This document shows positions 62,103 through 63,962 of a stretch of 63,962 bases of DNA, piece by piece. Position 1 is the stretch's first letter; every line of letters starts with the position of its first letter. The notes under the pieces were generated by a model. It saw nothing but the letters and a program-made list of their open reading frames with translations, was not told the DNA's origin and did no database searches. The position numbers were made by a program, and so were the translations under genes. The stretch comes from Candidatus Iainarchaeum sp. (lineage in GTDB: Archaea; Iainarchaeota; Iainarchaeia; Iainarchaeales; JAAZKV01): assembly GCA_028701835.1 (NCBI GenBank), contig JAQVQA010000001.1, forward strand, positions 2,752 through 66,713. The letters are read 5' to 3'.

Positions 62103-63761
62103 ATGCCAAATTTGGAAGTTTCAAAAAAGGATTTAGAAAAGTTAATGGGTTGTTCTTACTCAAGAGAAAAGTTAGAAGAAGATTTAGAATATATTAAGGG
62201 GGAAATTGATTCTCTTGAAAATGATTCTATAAAGATTGATTGTAAGGAAACTAATCGCCCCGATCTTTGGAGTGTGGAAGGAATTGCTCGAGAATTTAAA
62301 GCAAGGAAGGGGGACAAAAAGGGTTTAGTAAAGTATAAAGTAAAGAAGTCAAATGTTGATGTTTTTATTAATTCGAATTTATTAAAAGTTAGGCCTTTAA
62401 TTGCGTGTGCTATTATAAAGAATGTTAAGGTTAGTGAAGAATTGTTGATTCAATTAATTCAACTTCAAGAAAAAGTTGGGGAGAATTATGGGCGTAGAAG
62501 AAAAGAACTTGGAATTGGGTTGTATGATTTTGATATAATGCAACCCCCAATTTATTATAAGGGTTTTAAGGATGATGAGATTGAGTTTGTTCCTCTTGAA
62601 TGGAGGGTTCAGTTAAGGCCGAGCGAGATTTTAGCACAACATGACAAGGGTAAGGCTTATGCTCATCTCTTAAAAGATGCTGATGTGTACCCGATTGTAA
62701 TTGATGCTAATAGAACGGTCGCTTCAATGCCTCCTATAATCAATTCTCAAATCACGGGTAAAGTTACTGATAAAACAAAGAATCTTTTTATTGAAGTTAC
62801 TGGATTTAAGTGGGAAACTATTTGCACTGCCCTTGAAGTAATGTGTATGAGTCTAGCTGATAGGGGAGGAGTAATTTATTCATGCAAACTTCATTTTCCA
62901 ACTGACTCAAAACCTTATCCAAAAAAAATAATTTCTACGCCTTTATTTAAAACAGAGAAAATGGTTTTTGATAAGAGTCTTGTAAAAGAAATGACTGGAC
63001 TTGATTTAAAAGATAAGGAGATAATTGATTTGCTTTCAAGAGCAAGGTTTAATACTAAAATAAAATCAAACAAGATTAGTGTAGAGTACTCTTCTTATAG
63101 AACGGATATAATGCATCCAGTGGATGTAATTGAAGACTTGTTAATATCTTTTGGTTTTAACAATATTGAACCAGAGAAGATTGAAATGAATGTAATTGGT
63201 AGTGAACTTCCTCAATCAAAGTTGATTGATTTTGTGCGTGAGGGTTGTGTGGGTTTAGGTTTGCAGGAAGTAATGACTTATAACTTGACTTCAATAGAAA
63301 ATCAGGCTAATAGAATGAATTTAGTTGGGGAAGAATTAGTTGAGATAGAGAATCCTGTTTCGATTAACTATGCGATTCTTAGAAGAAAATTAACTCCACA
63401 GTTACTTGACTTTTTTTCAAAGAATAAGGATAAAGAATACCCTCAAAAAATATTTGAATTAGGTACTTGTCTTGAAATTAATGAGGGTGCAGAGAACGGA
63501 GTTGCTCAAACGAATAATATTTGTGTTGCATTGACTCACTCAAATGTTAACTTTACTGAAATTAAATCAGTTTTAGTTTCTTTATGCAAGTATTTGGGTA
63601 AAGAATGTGTATTGAAAAAGAAATCTTTTTCTTTCCTTTCAGAGAATAGTGCAGAGATTACAGTTAACGGCAAAAAAGGTTTTATTGGGGAAGTAAAAAA
63701 AGAAGTGGTTGATTCTTTTAATTTAAGAAAACCTGTTTGTGTTTTTGAGTTCGAAATATAA
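62103..63761 (+). CDS. pheT: Phenylalanine--tRNA ligase beta subunit (archaeal type)
   Basis: MPNLEVSKKDLEKLMG start, NRPDLWSVEGIAREF, and B3/4 and B5-like regions. Follows pheS by 35 nt. Confidence 0.85.
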   Translation: MPNLEVSKKDLEKLMGCSYSREKLEEDLEYIKGEIDSLENDSIKIDCKETNRPDLWSVEGIAREFKARKGDKKGLVKYKVKKSNVDVFINSNLLKVRPLIACAIIKNVKVSEELLIQLIQLQEKVGENYGRRRKELGIGLYDFDIMQPPIYYKGFKDDEIEFVPLEWRVQLRPSEILAQHDKGKAYAHLLKDADVYPIVIDANRTVASMPPIINSQITGKVTDKTKNLFIEVTGFKWETICTALEVMCMSLADRGGVIYSCKLHFPTDSKPYPKKIISTPLFKTEKMVFDKSLVKEMTGLDLKDKEIIDLLSRARFNTKIKSNKISVEYSSYRTDIMHPVDVIEDLLISFGFNNIEPEKIEMNVIGSELPQSKLIDFVREGCVGLGLQEVMTYNLTSIENQANRMNLVGEELVEIENPVSINYAILRRKLTPQLLDFFSKNKDKEYPQKIFELGTCLEINEGAENGVAQTNNICVALTHSNVNFTEIKSVLVSLCKYLGKECVLKKKSFSFLSENSAEITVNGKKGFIGEVKKEVVDSFNLRKPVCVFEFEI

Positions 63762-63874
63762 TTTTAGTTATTCTACTTTATTTGTTTTAGTAGTTTGTTA
63801 GCAAAATTCATTGAACCATAATTTAGTATTACTACATCAACAGCTTTTTATTCTTTGTTTGTCTATTTTTGAAT

Positions 63875-63962
63875 ATGCTTGAAAAGATTTTGGTATTGGT
63901 TTTTTTGTCTTGGGTTCCGCTTTTTGAGTTGCGGTGGAGTATTCCGATTGGATTATTTTCAG
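63875..63962 (+). CDS. 5' end of a small membrane protein gene (possibly COG2426-type small multidrug export-like), cut by the window edge
   Basis: MLEKILVLVFLSWVPLFELRWSIPIGLFS. The P..ELR..IP motif resembles that family as I recall it. Confidence 0.35.
   Translation, partial: MLEKILVLVFLSWVPLFELRWSIPIGLFS

Noticed and set aside
1-63962. CRISPR arrays, rRNA genes, IS elements/transposases, integrases
   Set aside because: No short repeat occurs in three or more regularly spaced copies. All repeats found have two copies. No rRNA-like conserved stretches and no DDE, HUH or tyrosine-recombinase motifs were seen in any ORF.

Overview
AT-rich archaeal chromosomal segment, gene-dense on both strands. 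The gene content suggests a small-genome, DPANN-like archaeon, but this is inference only: there are many archaeal information-processing genes, almost no metabolism, and a very large complement of surface and pilin genes. Recognisable genes fall into five groups. (1) Replication and repair: dnaG, hjc, nurA, herA, rad50, nreA-like, RFC small subunit, type IA topoisomerase. (2) Translation and RNA: tRNA-Val, tRNA-Arg, a partial tRNA-Gly-like gene, pth2, RbgA-like GTPase, rpoK, S17e, aEF-1beta plus a Zn-ribbon partner, CCA-adding enzyme, Taw3, Elp3, Pelota, ABCE1, PheRS alpha and beta. (3) Proteostasis: CDC48, M50 protease, NFACT-like protein. (4) An arsR-iscS-iscU Fe-S module. (5) Two type IV pilus-like loci carrying about 16 pilin-like genes. 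Six observations stand out. First, an 11.4 kb single-strand pilus supra-operon (31859-43278) has split PilC, mini-pilins, a Cys4-motif paralog pair and an embedded JAMM/TctA-like/OB trio. Second, a 541-aa family-B DNA polymerase homologue (16199-17824) has lost the motif C aspartates and has no thumb domain. Third, a roughly 170-206 nt non-coding element occurs twice, 47 kb apart. Fourth, there are oddities around tRNA genes. Fifth, two tandem genes encode kinase-fold-like paralogs. Sixth, the + strand is T-rich across the whole window, so third-codon-position usage flips with gene orientation. No CRISPR array, rRNA or recognisable transposase was seen. Coordinates of features I called by hand (small ORFs, RNAs, repeats) may be off by 1-2 nt. 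All functional calls rest on motif recognition by eye, not on searches.
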